Below are positions 9,036 to 17,995 of a stretch of DNA of 64,000 nt, piece after piece. Within the stretch, counting starts at the first letter, position 1. Every line of letters begins with the position of its first letter. Source of the DNA: an uncultured Chloroflexia bacterium (GTDB lineage Bacteria; Chloroflexota; Limnocylindria; QHBO01). The notes beneath the pieces are model-generated. The model had not been told where the DNA came from. It worked only from the letters and a program-made list of their open reading frames with translations, and made no database searches. Both the position numbers and the translations under genes were made by a program. The DNA lies in assembly GCA_963790255.1 (NCBI GenBank), contig CAWBOA010000003.1, positions 177,825 through 241,824 of the forward strand. Reading direction: 5' to 3'.

Positions 9036-10012
9036 GCCAGTTCTGGGCGGATCGCCCGACCCTCGTGACGGGTGCGACGGGCCTGGTCGGCGGCTGGCTC
9101 GTCCCGCGCCTCGTTTCTTCAGGCGCCGATGTCGTGTGCCTCGTCCGCGACTGGGTCCCCGAGAGCGACTTCGTTCGCTCGGGGATGATCGATCGCGTCC
9201 GCGTCGTCCGGGGGGACGTCGACGACCAGGCCCTGCTCGAGCGCGCGATCAACGAATACGAAGTGAGCGCCGTCATCCACCTGGCGGCCCAGACCATCGT
9301 GCCGATCGCCAATCGCAATCCGATCTCGACCTTCGAGGCGAACATCGCCGGGACGTGGCGTCTGCTCGAGGCATGCCGACGGACCGGCGGCGTGGAGTCG
9401 ATCGTGCTCGCCTCGTCCGACAAGGCGTACGGCGACCATGACGTGCTGCCGTATACCGAGGAGGCCGCGCTCCAGGGGCGGCATCCCTACGACGTCAGCA
9501 AGTCGTGTGCGGATCTGATCGGCCAGGCCTACGCCGCAACCTACGACATGCCCGTGGTGATCACACGCTGCGGCAATTTCTACGGCGGCGGTGACCTCAA
9601 CTGGAACCGCATCGTGCCGGGCACCATCCGTTCTGTCCTCCGCGATCAGCGCCCCGTCATCCGCTCCGATGGAACGTTCATCCGCGACTACTTCTACGTC
9701 GAGGACGGCGCGGCCGCCTACATGCTCCTCGCCGAGCGGATGGCGTCCGATCCATCGCTTCGAGGCGAGGCATTCAACTTCTCGAACGAGATCCAGGTCA
9801 CCGTCGGGGACCTGGTCGACCGCATCCTTCAGCTGATGGGCTCGAACCTCGAGCCGGACGTTCGCAACGAGGCGTTCAACGAGATCCGCCACCAGTCATT
9901 GAGCGCCGAGAAGGCGCGCTCACGGCTCGGCTGGAGTCCGCTGTGCACGCTCGATGAGGGACTCGAGCGGACGATCGCGTGGTACCGCGCCTTCCTCGAC
10001 CGAGGCGCATGA
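9032..10012 (+). CDS. rfbG: CDP-glucose 4,6-dehydratase
   Basis: [23 protein letters not shown] and [10 protein letters not shown] (YxxxK), with a typical RfbG N-terminus and length. ATGA overlap with the upstream gene. Confidence 0.85.
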   Translation: MSQFWADRPTLVTGATGLVGGWLVPRLVSSGADVVCLVRDWVPESDFVRSGMIDRVRVVRGDVDDQALLERAINEYEVSAVIHLAAQTIVPIANRNPISTFEANIAGTWRLLEACRRTGGVESIVLASSDKAYGDHDVLPYTEEAALQGRHPYDVSKSCADLIGQAYAATYDMPVVITRCGNFYGGGDLNWNRIVPGTIRSVLRDQRPVIRSDGTFIRDYFYVEDGAAAYMLLAERMASDPSLRGEAFNFSNEIQVTVGDLVDRILQLMGSNLEPDVRNEAFNEIRHQSLSAEKARSRLGWSPLCTLDEGLERTIAWYRAFLDRGA

Positions 10013-10539
10013 TCTTCGCCGAGCTCGGCGTCGCCGGGACCTTCGAGATTCTGCCCGAGCCGATCGACGACGCTCGCGGCTCGTTCGCCCGGGTGTGGGA
10101 CGAGGAGGACCTCGAGGCCCACGGCCTGGTCGGCGGCATGTGCCAGGAGAACGTCGGGTTCAGCCCCCGGGTGGGAACGTTTCGCGGCCTCCACCTCCAG
10201 CGCGAGCCGCACGCCGAGGCAAAGCTGGTGCGTTGCACGGCCGGCCGTGCCTACGACGTGGTCGCGGACCTCCGCCCAGGCTCGCCGACCCGAGGACGAT
10301 GGTCCGGCGTCGAGATCGACGCCCGCCGGCGGAACATGGTCTACGTGCCGCCCGGGTGCGCCCACGGCTACCTCACCCTCGAGCCGGACACGGAAGTCTC
10401 GTACCTCACGTCGCGCCCGTATGCGCCGGCCGCGGCCCATGGAGTGCGCCACGACGACCCGGCCCTCGGAATCGACCTTCCGATTCGTGTGTCGGTCATC
10501 AGCGACGCCGACCGCGGCTGGCCGGACCTCGAGCGTTGA
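10009..10539 (+). CDS. sugar-nucleotide 3,5-epimerase (RmlC/AscE-like cupin)
   Basis: D.RGSF...[13 protein letters not shown] and AHGY motifs of the dTDP-4-dehydrorhamnose 3,5-epimerase fold. ATGA overlap upstream and TTGA overlap downstream. Confidence 0.85.
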   Translation: MIFAELGVAGTFEILPEPIDDARGSFARVWDEEDLEAHGLVGGMCQENVGFSPRVGTFRGLHLQREPHAEAKLVRCTAGRAYDVVADLRPGSPTRGRWSGVEIDARRRNMVYVPPGCAHGYLTLEPDTEVSYLTSRPYAPAAAHGVRHDDPALGIDLPIRVSVISDADRGWPDLER

Positions 10540-11474
10540 GCGCCTCTGACGCTCGTCGCGTGCTCGTCACCGGCGCGAACGGCTTCATCGGCTGGCACTG
10601 CCTGGAGCCTCTGCGCGAGCGCGGATTCGATGTGCATGCGGTCACGCACGGATCCGTGCCCGAGGAGATTGCCGGTGTCAGGTGGCACACGGCGGACCTG
10701 ATGGAGGCCGGGGTGGCGGAGTCGCTCGTCGAGCTAGTCCGCCCGTCCCACCTCCTCCACCTCGCGTGGTACGTCGTCCCGGGCAAGGTGATCAGCGACC
10801 CGATCAACTACGTATGGGTCACCCGCAGCACGGAGCTCCTGCAGGCGTTCGTGCGGGCCGCGGGCACGCGGGCCGTTCTCAGCGGCTCCGCCTACGAATA
10901 CGACTGGGGGCAGGGCCGCTGCGACGAGCGGACGACGGCCCTCGCCCCCACGACCGTGTACGGGGCATCCAAGGCCGCCCTCTTCTTCCTGGCGACGTCG
11001 ATCGCGCGCGAGGCCGGGACCTCCCTGGCGTGGGTCCGGCCATTCTTCCTGTACGGCCCTCGCGAGCACCCCGACCGCCTCGTGGCCTCGGTCACCCGTG
11101 CGCTGCTGCGTGGGGAGCCGGCGGCGACGTCTCACGGCCGGCAGCAGCGCGACTACCTTCACGTCCAGGACGTGGCGGATGCGGTGGTCGCCACCCTCGG
11201 CAGCGAGCTCACCGGTCCAGTGAACGTGGGCGCGGGCGAGGCGGTCGCCCTGCGTGAGATCGTGACGCGCATCGGCGACATCATCGGGCGCCCGGACCTG
11301 CTCCGAATCGGAGAGATCCCCGCAAGAGCGAACGACGTGCACCTCGTCGTCGCCGGCGGGAGTCGTCTGGCTACCGAGCTTGGCTGGCGCCCCCGCTATG
11401 ACCTCGACGCCGGACTCGCACAGACCGTCGACTGGTGGCGCGGCCGCGTTCTCGCTGAGGGCGCGCCGGCATGA
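10536..11474 (+). CDS. NAD(P)-dependent sugar-nucleotide 4-reductase/epimerase (SDR; RmlD/AscF-like role inferred)
   Basis: TTG start overlapping the previous stop. VLVTGANGFIGWH Rossmann motif and YGASKAALF (YxxxK). It sits directly after the dehydratase and epimerase genes. Confidence 0.75.
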   Translation: MSASDARRVLVTGANGFIGWHCLEPLRERGFDVHAVTHGSVPEEIAGVRWHTADLMEAGVAESLVELVRPSHLLHLAWYVVPGKVISDPINYVWVTRSTELLQAFVRAAGTRAVLSGSAYEYDWGQGRCDERTTALAPTTVYGASKAALFFLATSIAREAGTSLAWVRPFFLYGPREHPDRLVASVTRALLRGEPAATSHGRQQRDYLHVQDVADAVVATLGSELTGPVNVGAGEAVALREIVTRIGDIIGRPDLLRIGEIPARANDVHLVVAGGSRLATELGWRPRYDLDAGLAQTVDWWRGRVLAEGAPA

Positions 11475-12784
11475 CCCCGCGGATCGCGATCATCGGGGCC
11501 GGGATGGCCGGCTATGGGGCCGCGCACCGGCTGGAGGAAGAGGGCATCCGTCCGGTGCTCTACGAGCGTCGTGACCACTACGGAGGACATACGGCCAGCT
11601 ACCGCGTCGAGGCCGGCTTCACGTTTGACGAGGGACCCCATGTCTCGTTCACGAAGGACGAGCGGATGCAGCGGCTGCTGGCGGACAACGTCAACGGAGA
11701 GTACGAGACGATCCAGGCCCGCGTGAACAACTACTGGCGTGGCCACTGGATCAAGCACCCGGTGCAGGTCAACCTCCACGGACTGCCCACCGACCTGGTC
11801 GTCCGCATCCTGGCCGACTTCATCGACGCCCAGCATGCCCCCGAGCGGCCGATCGACAACTACGAGGAGTGGCTGCGCGCCAGCTTTGGCAACACGCTGG
11901 CCGAGACCTTCCCGCTCCAGTACACCCGGAAGAACCACACCACGGAGGCGCGAAATCTCGCGACCGACTGGATCGGGCCGCGCCTCTATCGGCCTCGCCT
12001 GGAGGAGGTCCTCGAAGGCGCCCTCAGCCCGAACACCGCAGACGTCCACTACATCACCGAGTTCCGTTATCCGCGCGAGGGCGGGTTCGCGAGCTACCTC
12101 CGCGGATTCATGGAACGGGCGGACGTCCGCCTCGAGCATCGCGTCGTTGGTGTCGATCCCCGCACTCGCGAGCTGCGATTCGCGGACGGATCGACCGTCG
12201 CGTTCGACCGGCTGATCTCCTCGATGCCGCTTCCCGACCTCATTGCCATGGTCGCTGGGGCGCCGCCGGACGTGCGCGCCGCTGCCGAGCGGCTCGCGTG
12301 CTCGGAGGTGGTCGTCGTGAACCTGGGCATCGACCGGCCTGGCGTGCTCGACCAGCATTGGAGCTACTTTTACGACGAGGACGTCCTGCTCGCTCGGCTG
12401 AGCACGCCCTACCTCCAGTCGTCGCGCAACGTGCCGCCAGGGGCGAGCAGCCTCCAGGCCGAGTGCTACTTCTCCGCGAAGTATCGGCCGCTGACGATGA
12501 CACTCGACGAGGTGACTCAGCGCGTGATCGACGACCTCGTCCGCTGCGGTGTCCTCGACCGTGACGACCGGATCCTGGTCCGTCAGGCCATGCATGTCCG
12601 CCATGCGAACGTGATCTTCGATCACGATCGGGCTCCGGCCGTGGCGACCTGCCACGCCTTCCTCGACGAGCTCGGGATCGCCTACGCGGGTCGCTACGGG
12701 GAGTGGGGATACCTGTGGACCGACGAGTCCTTCATCAGCGGGGAGCGCGCCGCCGAACGCGCGCTCGCATCCGTCGGAGGCTAG
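11471..12784 (+). CDS. FAD-dependent oxidoreductase (amine-oxidase fold, UDP-galactopyranose-mutase-like)
   Basis: IAIIGAGMAGYGAA...YERRDHYGGH dinucleotide-binding motif and C-terminal GRYGEWGYLWTDESFISG, typical of this family. ATGA overlap upstream. Confidence 0.75.
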   Translation: MTPRIAIIGAGMAGYGAAHRLEEEGIRPVLYERRDHYGGHTASYRVEAGFTFDEGPHVSFTKDERMQRLLADNVNGEYETIQARVNNYWRGHWIKHPVQVNLHGLPTDLVVRILADFIDAQHAPERPIDNYEEWLRASFGNTLAETFPLQYTRKNHTTEARNLATDWIGPRLYRPRLEEVLEGALSPNTADVHYITEFRYPREGGFASYLRGFMERADVRLEHRVVGVDPRTRELRFADGSTVAFDRLISSMPLPDLIAMVAGAPPDVRAAAERLACSEVVVVNLGIDRPGVLDQHWSYFYDEDVLLARLSTPYLQSSRNVPPGASSLQAECYFSAKYRPLTMTLDEVTQRVIDDLVRCGVLDRDDRILVRQAMHVRHANVIFDHDRAPAVATCHAFLDELGIAYAGRYGEWGYLWTDESFISGERAAERALASVGG

Positions 12785-13437
12785 ATCCGGATTTTCCGGG
12801 CGATGAACGCTTCGGCGTAGCCCGACGGAGCGGCGGACTCCACGCCGCGAAGGCGTAGCAGGGCCTGAAACGTCTCGGCGCCATACCAGTCGCGCCCGTG
12901 CTGCGACGGGAAGAACCGCATCAGATGGTCGATCTTCCGCTCGCACTGCTCGCGGCTGAGCTCCACGAAGAGGTTCGGCCGCTCCGTGATGCCCTCGTAC
13001 TTGGGGATCTCGAACTCGAGGATCGGAATCGTTCGGAACGTCTGCCAGACGAGCTCGGCCACCACGCGGTGGTCCTGGTGGGCGTCCCCGAGGCTGGGGC
13101 ACAGCACGAGGTCGTACGGTCCGTCCTCCTTGAGTCGCTCGACCTCATCCTTCAATGCCGAACCCGCCGAGGGAAGGTGCCCGTCGCGGAAACCGAGCAC
13201 ACGAATCCCGCCACCGCCCAGCCGATCGCCCGCCATCGCGCGAGCGCTCGCCTCGGCCTCGGTCCGACGATCGCCGTCGCCGGTCACCACGACAACGTCG
13301 AGGCGCAGCCCGGGCCGCTCGTCGAGGAGACGCAGGATCGTGCCGCCTGCGCCGATCTCGATATCGTCCGCGTGCGCTCCGATGGCCAGCGCCCGACAGC
13401 TGCCCTCGGAGTCCGGAAGCAGCGCCGATACGCTCAT
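12781..13437 (-). CDS. PIG-L/LmbE-family N-deacetylase
   Basis: AIGAHADDIEIGAGGT and GDAHQDHR zinc-binding motifs. ATGA overlap with the upstream rfbF. Its stop overlaps the convergent gene's stop (CTAG at 12781-12784). Confidence 0.8.
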   Translation of the reverse strand: MSVSALLPDSEGSCRALAIGAHADDIEIGAGGTILRLLDERPGLRLDVVVVTGDGDRRTEAEASARAMAGDRLGGGGIRVLGFRDGHLPSAGSALKDEVERLKEDGPYDLVLCPSLGDAHQDHRVVAELVWQTFRTIPILEFEIPKYEGITERPNLFVELSREQCERKIDHLMRFFPSQHGRDWYGAETFQALLRLRGVESAAPSGYAEAFIARKIRI

Positions 13438-14231
13438 CGCGACCCCGGCTCCAGGCGTGACAGCCAGGGCGCCCACGGGGGGACGCCAGACTCATAGAGC
13501 TCGTCGAGGTTGTGCATGTCCTTGATCGTATCCATCGGCGCCCAAAAGCCCTCGTGCCGGAAGGCCAGCAGGCGCCCCGCAGTGGCGAGACGTGCAAACG
13601 GCTCGACGACGAGCTCCTCGCCCGGCTGGAGCATGTCGAGCACTTCACGGCGCAGCACGAAGTAGCCGCCGTTGATCCACAGATCCGCTGCGCGGATGTC
13701 GTCGAGGGCCGACACGGCACCGTCGCCGTCCATGCGCACCACGTGGAACGAGTAGTTCGTGGGTCGAACCGCGAGGAAGGCGGCAGCGGCATCGCTCTGC
13801 CGGAACTGTTCGATGAGGTCGTTCAACGGAGCGTCGGTCAGGACGTCCGCATAGTTGGCCAGAAACATGTCCTCGCCGACGAGATGCTCACGAACGGCAC
13901 GCAGGCGATCCGCCAGGGTGGCGTTGACCCCGGTGTCGACGAAGGTGATCTCCCAGCCATCCATGTCGCGGCGGAGGAGCTCGACCTCGTGGCCGCCGGA
14001 GAGGACGAAGTCGTTCGAGCGGGTCTCGTCGTACTCGAGGAAGTAGCGCTTGATCGCCTCGGCACGGTAGCCCAGGCAGAGGACGAACTGGCGATGGCCA
14101 TGGTGGGCGTAGTAGCGCATCAGATGCCACAGGATCGGCCGATAGCCCACCGGCGCGAGGGCCTTGGGGATCTGCTCGGAGTGCTCCCGCAGGCGCATCC
14201 CCTGCCCGCCGCAGAAGATGACGACCTTCAT
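13434..14231 (-). CDS. rfbF: glucose-1-phosphate cytidylyltransferase
   Basis: MKVVIFCGGQGMRL (GGxGxRL intact), PILWHLMRYY, INGGYFVL, GFWAPMDT and PPWAPW. ATGA overlap with the upstream GT2. Confidence 0.85.
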   Translation of the reverse strand: MKVVIFCGGQGMRLREHSEQIPKALAPVGYRPILWHLMRYYAHHGHRQFVLCLGYRAEAIKRYFLEYDETRSNDFVLSGGHEVELLRRDMDGWEITFVDTGVNATLADRLRAVREHLVGEDMFLANYADVLTDAPLNDLIEQFRQSDAAAAFLAVRPTNYSFHVVRMDGDGAVSALDDIRAADLWINGGYFVLRREVLDMLQPGEELVVEPFARLATAGRLLAFRHEGFWAPMDTIKDMHNLDELYESGVPPWAPWLSRLEPGSR

Positions 14232-15178
14232 GCGCGTCGCAGCATCCGCTGCGCGCGACGGATAGCGGGATGGACGAAGGCCGCCGGAAGGGCCGCCAGC
14301 CACAGCGCGCGCGCCGCAAGTCCGTCGAGAGACGCTACCTGGCGCGCCAGGCTGTGGCCGAGGCGACGGGAAGAGATCACGAAGGCGACGGCGTCGAGAT
14401 AGACATCGACCGGATCATGGAGCATCCACGCGAGATCGTGGTTGAGCGTATCGCGCGTGCGAACCACGTGCCCGGGTGCCACCGCCGCGGGCGTGATCTG
14501 GCGTCCCATGCTGTCGGTGCGGTCCTGCCAGTAGACCCGCAGCACGTCGTTGACGTATCGCATGCGGTGAGTCCGCGAGATCTGGCGCCACTGCATGGAC
14601 TGCGGGACGTACAGGGTGTAGCCGTCGATCTCTGGCATCGGGAAGCGTCGCAGCACATCGGTCCGGTTGAATCCGAAGGTCTCGGAGCGCATGCGGTAGT
14701 GGTAGTACATCTCGCGGTAGTCCGAATCGATGATCGGTCGTGCGAATGGCGGTCCGAAGAGCGCGCCGTGCTCGTCGACCACGCGGCCCGTCACGCCGGT
14801 GAATCCGGGCCGCTCCGCCGCTGGGATCGCCGCCCAGTGACTCGCGAGGCGCTCGAGCGCATCGGGCACGAGCTCGTCGGCCGACCGAAGGTAGACGAAC
14901 AGCTCGCCCGCGGCGGCCTCCACGCCCCGGTTCCACGACCGCGCGTACCCCACGTTCTCGGCGTTGCGCAGGTAGCCGATCCGAAACGGCGACGCCGCGC
15001 GCCAACCCTCGATCAGGCGCTCCGTACCGTCGGTCGACGCGTTGTCCACCACGAGCCACTCGAAGTCCTGACAGGACTGAGCAAGCAGGCTCCGATACGG
15101 GCGCTCGAGGACGGCCGCGCGATCATGCGTGGGCGTGAAGATGGTGAATGTCGGGCGAGAGCCCTCTCGGATGCTCAC
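14228..15178 (-). CDS. glycosyltransferase family 2
   Basis: FTIFTPTHDRAAVLERPYRSLLAQSCQDFEWLVVDNASTDGT is a classic GT-A N-terminus with the DxD region. Confidence 0.85.
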   Translation of the reverse strand: MSIREGSRPTFTIFTPTHDRAAVLERPYRSLLAQSCQDFEWLVVDNASTDGTERLIEGWRAASPFRIGYLRNAENVGYARSWNRGVEAAAGELFVYLRSADELVPDALERLASHWAAIPAAERPGFTGVTGRVVDEHGALFGPPFARPIIDSDYREMYYHYRMRSETFGFNRTDVLRRFPMPEIDGYTLYVPQSMQWRQISRTHRMRYVNDVLRVYWQDRTDSMGRQITPAAVAPGHVVRTRDTLNHDLAWMLHDPVDVYLDAVAFVISSRRLGHSLARQVASLDGLAARALWLAALPAAFVHPAIRRAQRMLRRA

Positions 15179-15265
15179 GCCCCTACCCTACAGGCTGCCT
15201 TCTGCGCCGGCGCCGACGCCGATGCCGCGCCGCCGCCGCAGTCGAGGGTGTGGCGCCCGCATGCG

Positions 15266-16150
15266 TCACCGCTGCCTGCCGAGCCATCGGCTCAATGCGT
15301 CCGCAGCCCGGCCCTTGAGGGACACCATGCGGGAGCAGTTGTACGTGCGCACCACCGTGCCACCGAATCCTTCTTTGAACGCGTTGATGCGAAGCCGATC
15401 CTGGTCCACCTTGCCTTCGTACCACCCACCCCAGTCATACGTGTCCACGCCGTCTCCGCGGAACCGGAGCATGTCCTCCCAGTGAAGGCCGCGATTGGCC
15501 CGGCCCACCAGGCTGCGAATCGCGGTGTCTGTCGCATCCCGGTACAGCGACGCTGAGTGCAGGAGGCGGACGCGCCGGCCCGATCGGAAGTAGGCGTGCC
15601 AGACGAGCTCGGGATGATCGGGTGAGCTCGCGCAGGAGAGGTGCAGCGCGCCAGCATCAGCCATGGCCCTCAGGTACGGCCGATGTGCGAGTGAGAGTCC
15701 TTTCCCGGCCGCGAATCGGTCATAGAAGGCGCAGAATCGCTCGAGAGCCTCGGCGCTGTCAGAGAACCAGTGACTCGCCGTCACCCCGTCCCGGTCGGCA
15801 GCTCGTCGAACTTCATAGCGGATGTCCTTGTCCGCCTTGGCAAGCAGCGCGTCCGGCTCAGATGTCAGGTCGTTGACCAGGGTGTAGAACGGGGTGCAGC
15901 GCGCACCGTCCAGGGGCGTCGGCCGCTGTCGGTACACCACCTGGTCCACCCCGAGATCGAGCGGTTCCTCATCGAACCAGACCTCGCCGGTCCGCAGCCA
16001 CCGCGACCGGATCAGCAGCACATGATTACCCTCATCACTCAGGAGCGACCGCTCCCATCCCCTCTCGGAGCTCGAGCGCGTCGGCCCGGCTGATTGTGCG
16101 CGATCGCAGCGAGCGTCGGACGATGTGCGCTCGGATGCGGGTCGCAGCAA
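15266..16150 (-). CDS. FemAB/GNAT-fold (Acetyltransf_6-like) acyl- or aminoacyl-transferase
   Basis: The pattern IRYEVRRA...FYDRFAAGKGL...LHWEDMLRFRGDGVDTYDWGGW resembles FemAB-family/BioF2-like acetyltransferase domains. The start codon is uncertain. Confidence 0.55.
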   Translation of the reverse strand: MLRPASERTSSDARCDRAQSAGPTRSSSERGWERSLLSDEGNHVLLIRSRWLRTGEVWFDEEPLDLGVDQVVYRQRPTPLDGARCTPFYTLVNDLTSEPDALLAKADKDIRYEVRRAADRDGVTASHWFSDSAEALERFCAFYDRFAAGKGLSLAHRPYLRAMADAGALHLSCASSPDHPELVWHAYFRSGRRVRLLHSASLYRDATDTAIRSLVGRANRGLHWEDMLRFRGDGVDTYDWGGWYEGKVDQDRLRINAFKEGFGGTVVRTYNCSRMVSLKGRAADALSRWLGRQR

Positions 16151-16201
16151 CCCGAAAGGTAGCCCGATCTTCGGGCGCCTGAGCCGATGGCGCCGGGCCT
16201 C

Positions 16202-17995
16202 TCAGTTGATGGTGTTGTTCGAGACGTTCACGTTGGTGCAGCCAGTGACGGTGGCGAGCTGCCCGCTCGAGAGGGGCTGCACGTTGCCGGTCACGGTGAG
16301 ATTGGAGCAGCCGGAGAACACCATCACCGGCCCGGCGATCCGTCGGTCGCTGCGATTGTTCAGGATGCGAATGTTCGTCCGCGCGTAGCCGTTGGGCTGA
16401 ACGTTGATTCGCAGCTCCTGACCGGTCACGACGTTGTTGCTGAACTCGATGTTGTTCTCCGGGGCATGTCCGCTCGCCGCGAAGAGTGACGGGCCCCAGC
16501 TGGAGTCGATGGTGTAGCGGCTGAACGCGTTTCCGGTGACCGTGAGGCCGTCGACGCCCGCGGTCACACCATTCACGACGAGGCCGTCAGGCTCGAGGAC
16601 GATGGCGTACATGCCCGTCGATTGGATCGTCGAGCCCGCGATGACGGCGTTGCGGACACCGTTGGTGAAGGCGACCCCATGGCGTCCGGTGCCATCGATC
16701 AGCACGTTGCGAATGGTCACGCCATCCGACCAGCGGTACCCGGAGCCGGCGTTGCCACCGTCGACGTACACGCCGTCACCGTTCACGTTCAGGATGCGGA
16801 CGTTCGTGACCGTCGCGTTGATGACGCCGTACAGGGAGATCCCCATCCCGAACTCCCACGCGTACTCGTGAGCGTTCGAGGTTCGGCCGTTGGGGTTCAT
16901 CCCCTCGATCGTGAGGTTCCTGACGACCAGGTTGCGGCCACCGGCGAAGTACAGCAACGCCTGGTTGCTGCGCACGGTGGCGAACAAACGCGCCCCGTTG
17001 CCATCGATGGTGAGGCCGCTCTCGCGGGCCAGCACCTGAATCCGGCCGTTCACTCGGTATTGCCCGCCACCAGCGAGGCATGCCGTGGCGCCGGCGGGCG
17101 CTTGCTGGAAGAAAGTCTGGAGCGCGGACGTCACATCGCTCGAACCCGAGGCATCGCCGCCGAACGTCACGGTGCAGCTCGCGCTGGGCGGGGGTGGGGC
17201 TGGGGTGGGGGCGGGCGGCGCGGGCGTGGCGGGAACCGGAGTGGGGACCGGCGTCGGTGGCGGGGTTGGCGCCGCCGTTGGCGTTGGAGTGGCCGTCGGC
17301 GTGGGCGACGCCGTGGCCGTGGGCCGTGCCGTCGCGGTGCTCGTTGGCACTGCCGACCCACCGGGCGTCGCCGTGGGCGCCGGGTCCGAGCTGTCCTGCG
17401 TGATGATCGAGAAGACCGCGGTGGCGAGGAGGAGCCCGGGGGCGAGCGCCAGGAGGGCCTTGCGGTCGCGGGCACGGCTGGTCATGAGCGATACGTGATG
17501 GGTTCCGATGGAGTCCGGCGGAACGGTGAACCGGACGCTCAGCTTGCCGCTGTTTCCGGCAACCTGGGCGGTTTGAATAGGCTCGCCGTCCCACTCCAAG
17601 GCTACTGCAGTTCCGGCCGGGACACCCTCGACGCGTGCCGTTACCCGTGTTCCGGGAGCGCCCGCGCCCGGTGAAAGGGACATCAAGGCGGTCTGCGCGT
17701 CGGCCCGCCGCAGCGGCAGCGCGATGCCGACGAGGAGGATGAACATGAGCGCCGTCGCGATCCAGGTGGACCACGGGTTGGGTGCGGAGGCTCGGCTCCG
17801 ACTGGGCTTGCGTTCGTCGATCCAGCGATATCCGTCCCAGAGCATGGCGGTGGGGCTCCCGTTCGGGTGCCGGGCAGGCACCCACCGAGTCTGCCCACAC
17901 CGCGCGGCCCCGCGGATAATCAATTCGTTCTCGGGCTCGGGTGAATTCGTCGTGGCCGGAGGTACCCCAGCAGTACCACCGCGGCGCGCCATCAC
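16202..17995 (-). CDS. membrane-anchored protein with Pro/Thr-rich linker and right-handed parallel beta-helix domain (putative polysaccharide-modifying enzyme)
   Basis: One TM segment (WIATALMFILLVGIALPL) and a PT linker (PTATASPTPTATPTPTAAPTPPPTPVPTPVP...). Repeated beta-helix rungs follow (NLTIEG, VTNVRILNVNGDGVYVDGG, VTIRNVLIDGTGRHGVAF, NNVVTGQ). GTG 17995 overlaps the MurJ stop (GTGA). An alternative start is ATG 17845 (MLWDGYRW), preceded by GGGAG. Confidence 0.7.
   Translation of the reverse strand: MMARRGGTAGVPPATTNSPEPENELIIRGAARCGQTRWVPARHPNGSPTAMLWDGYRWIDERKPSRSRASAPNPWSTWIATALMFILLVGIALPLRRADAQTALMSLSPGAGAPGTRVTARVEGVPAGTAVALEWDGEPIQTAQVAGNSGKLSVRFTVPPDSIGTHHVSLMTSRARDRKALLALAPGLLLATAVFSIITQDSSDPAPTATPGGSAVPTSTATARPTATASPTPTATPTPTAAPTPPPTPVPTPVPATPAPPAPTPAPPPPSASCTVTFGGDASGSSDVTSALQTFFQQAPAGATACLAGGGQYRVNGRIQVLARESGLTIDGNGARLFATVRSNQALLYFAGGRNLVVRNLTIEGMNPNGRTSNAHEYAWEFGMGISLYGVINATVTNVRILNVNGDGVYVDGGNAGSGYRWSDGVTIRNVLIDGTGRHGVAFTNGVRNAVIAGSTIQSTGMYAIVLEPDGLVVNGVTAGVDGLTVTGNAFSRYTIDSSWGPSLFAASGHAPENNIEFSNNVVTGQELRINVQPNGYARTNIRILNNRSDRRIAGPVMVFSGCSNLTVTGNVQPLSSGQLATVTGCTNVNVSNNTIN

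Noticed and set aside
16151-16201. Short hairpins (CCCGAA-N13-TTCGGG and GGCGCC-N9-GGCGCC) between the beta-helix gene and the FemAB-like gene as terminators.
   Set aside because: The stems are only 6 bp with large loops and no U-tract. Such pairings arise easily by chance in GC-rich DNA.
17165-17340. Highly repetitive GC-rich DNA (also at 51590-51690) that at first glance looks like a short tandem repeat or CRISPR-like array.
   Set aside because: It encodes Pro/Thr/Ala linker peptides (PTATPTPTAAPTPPPTPVPTP...) within clear ORFs. There is no regular repeat-spacer periodicity.
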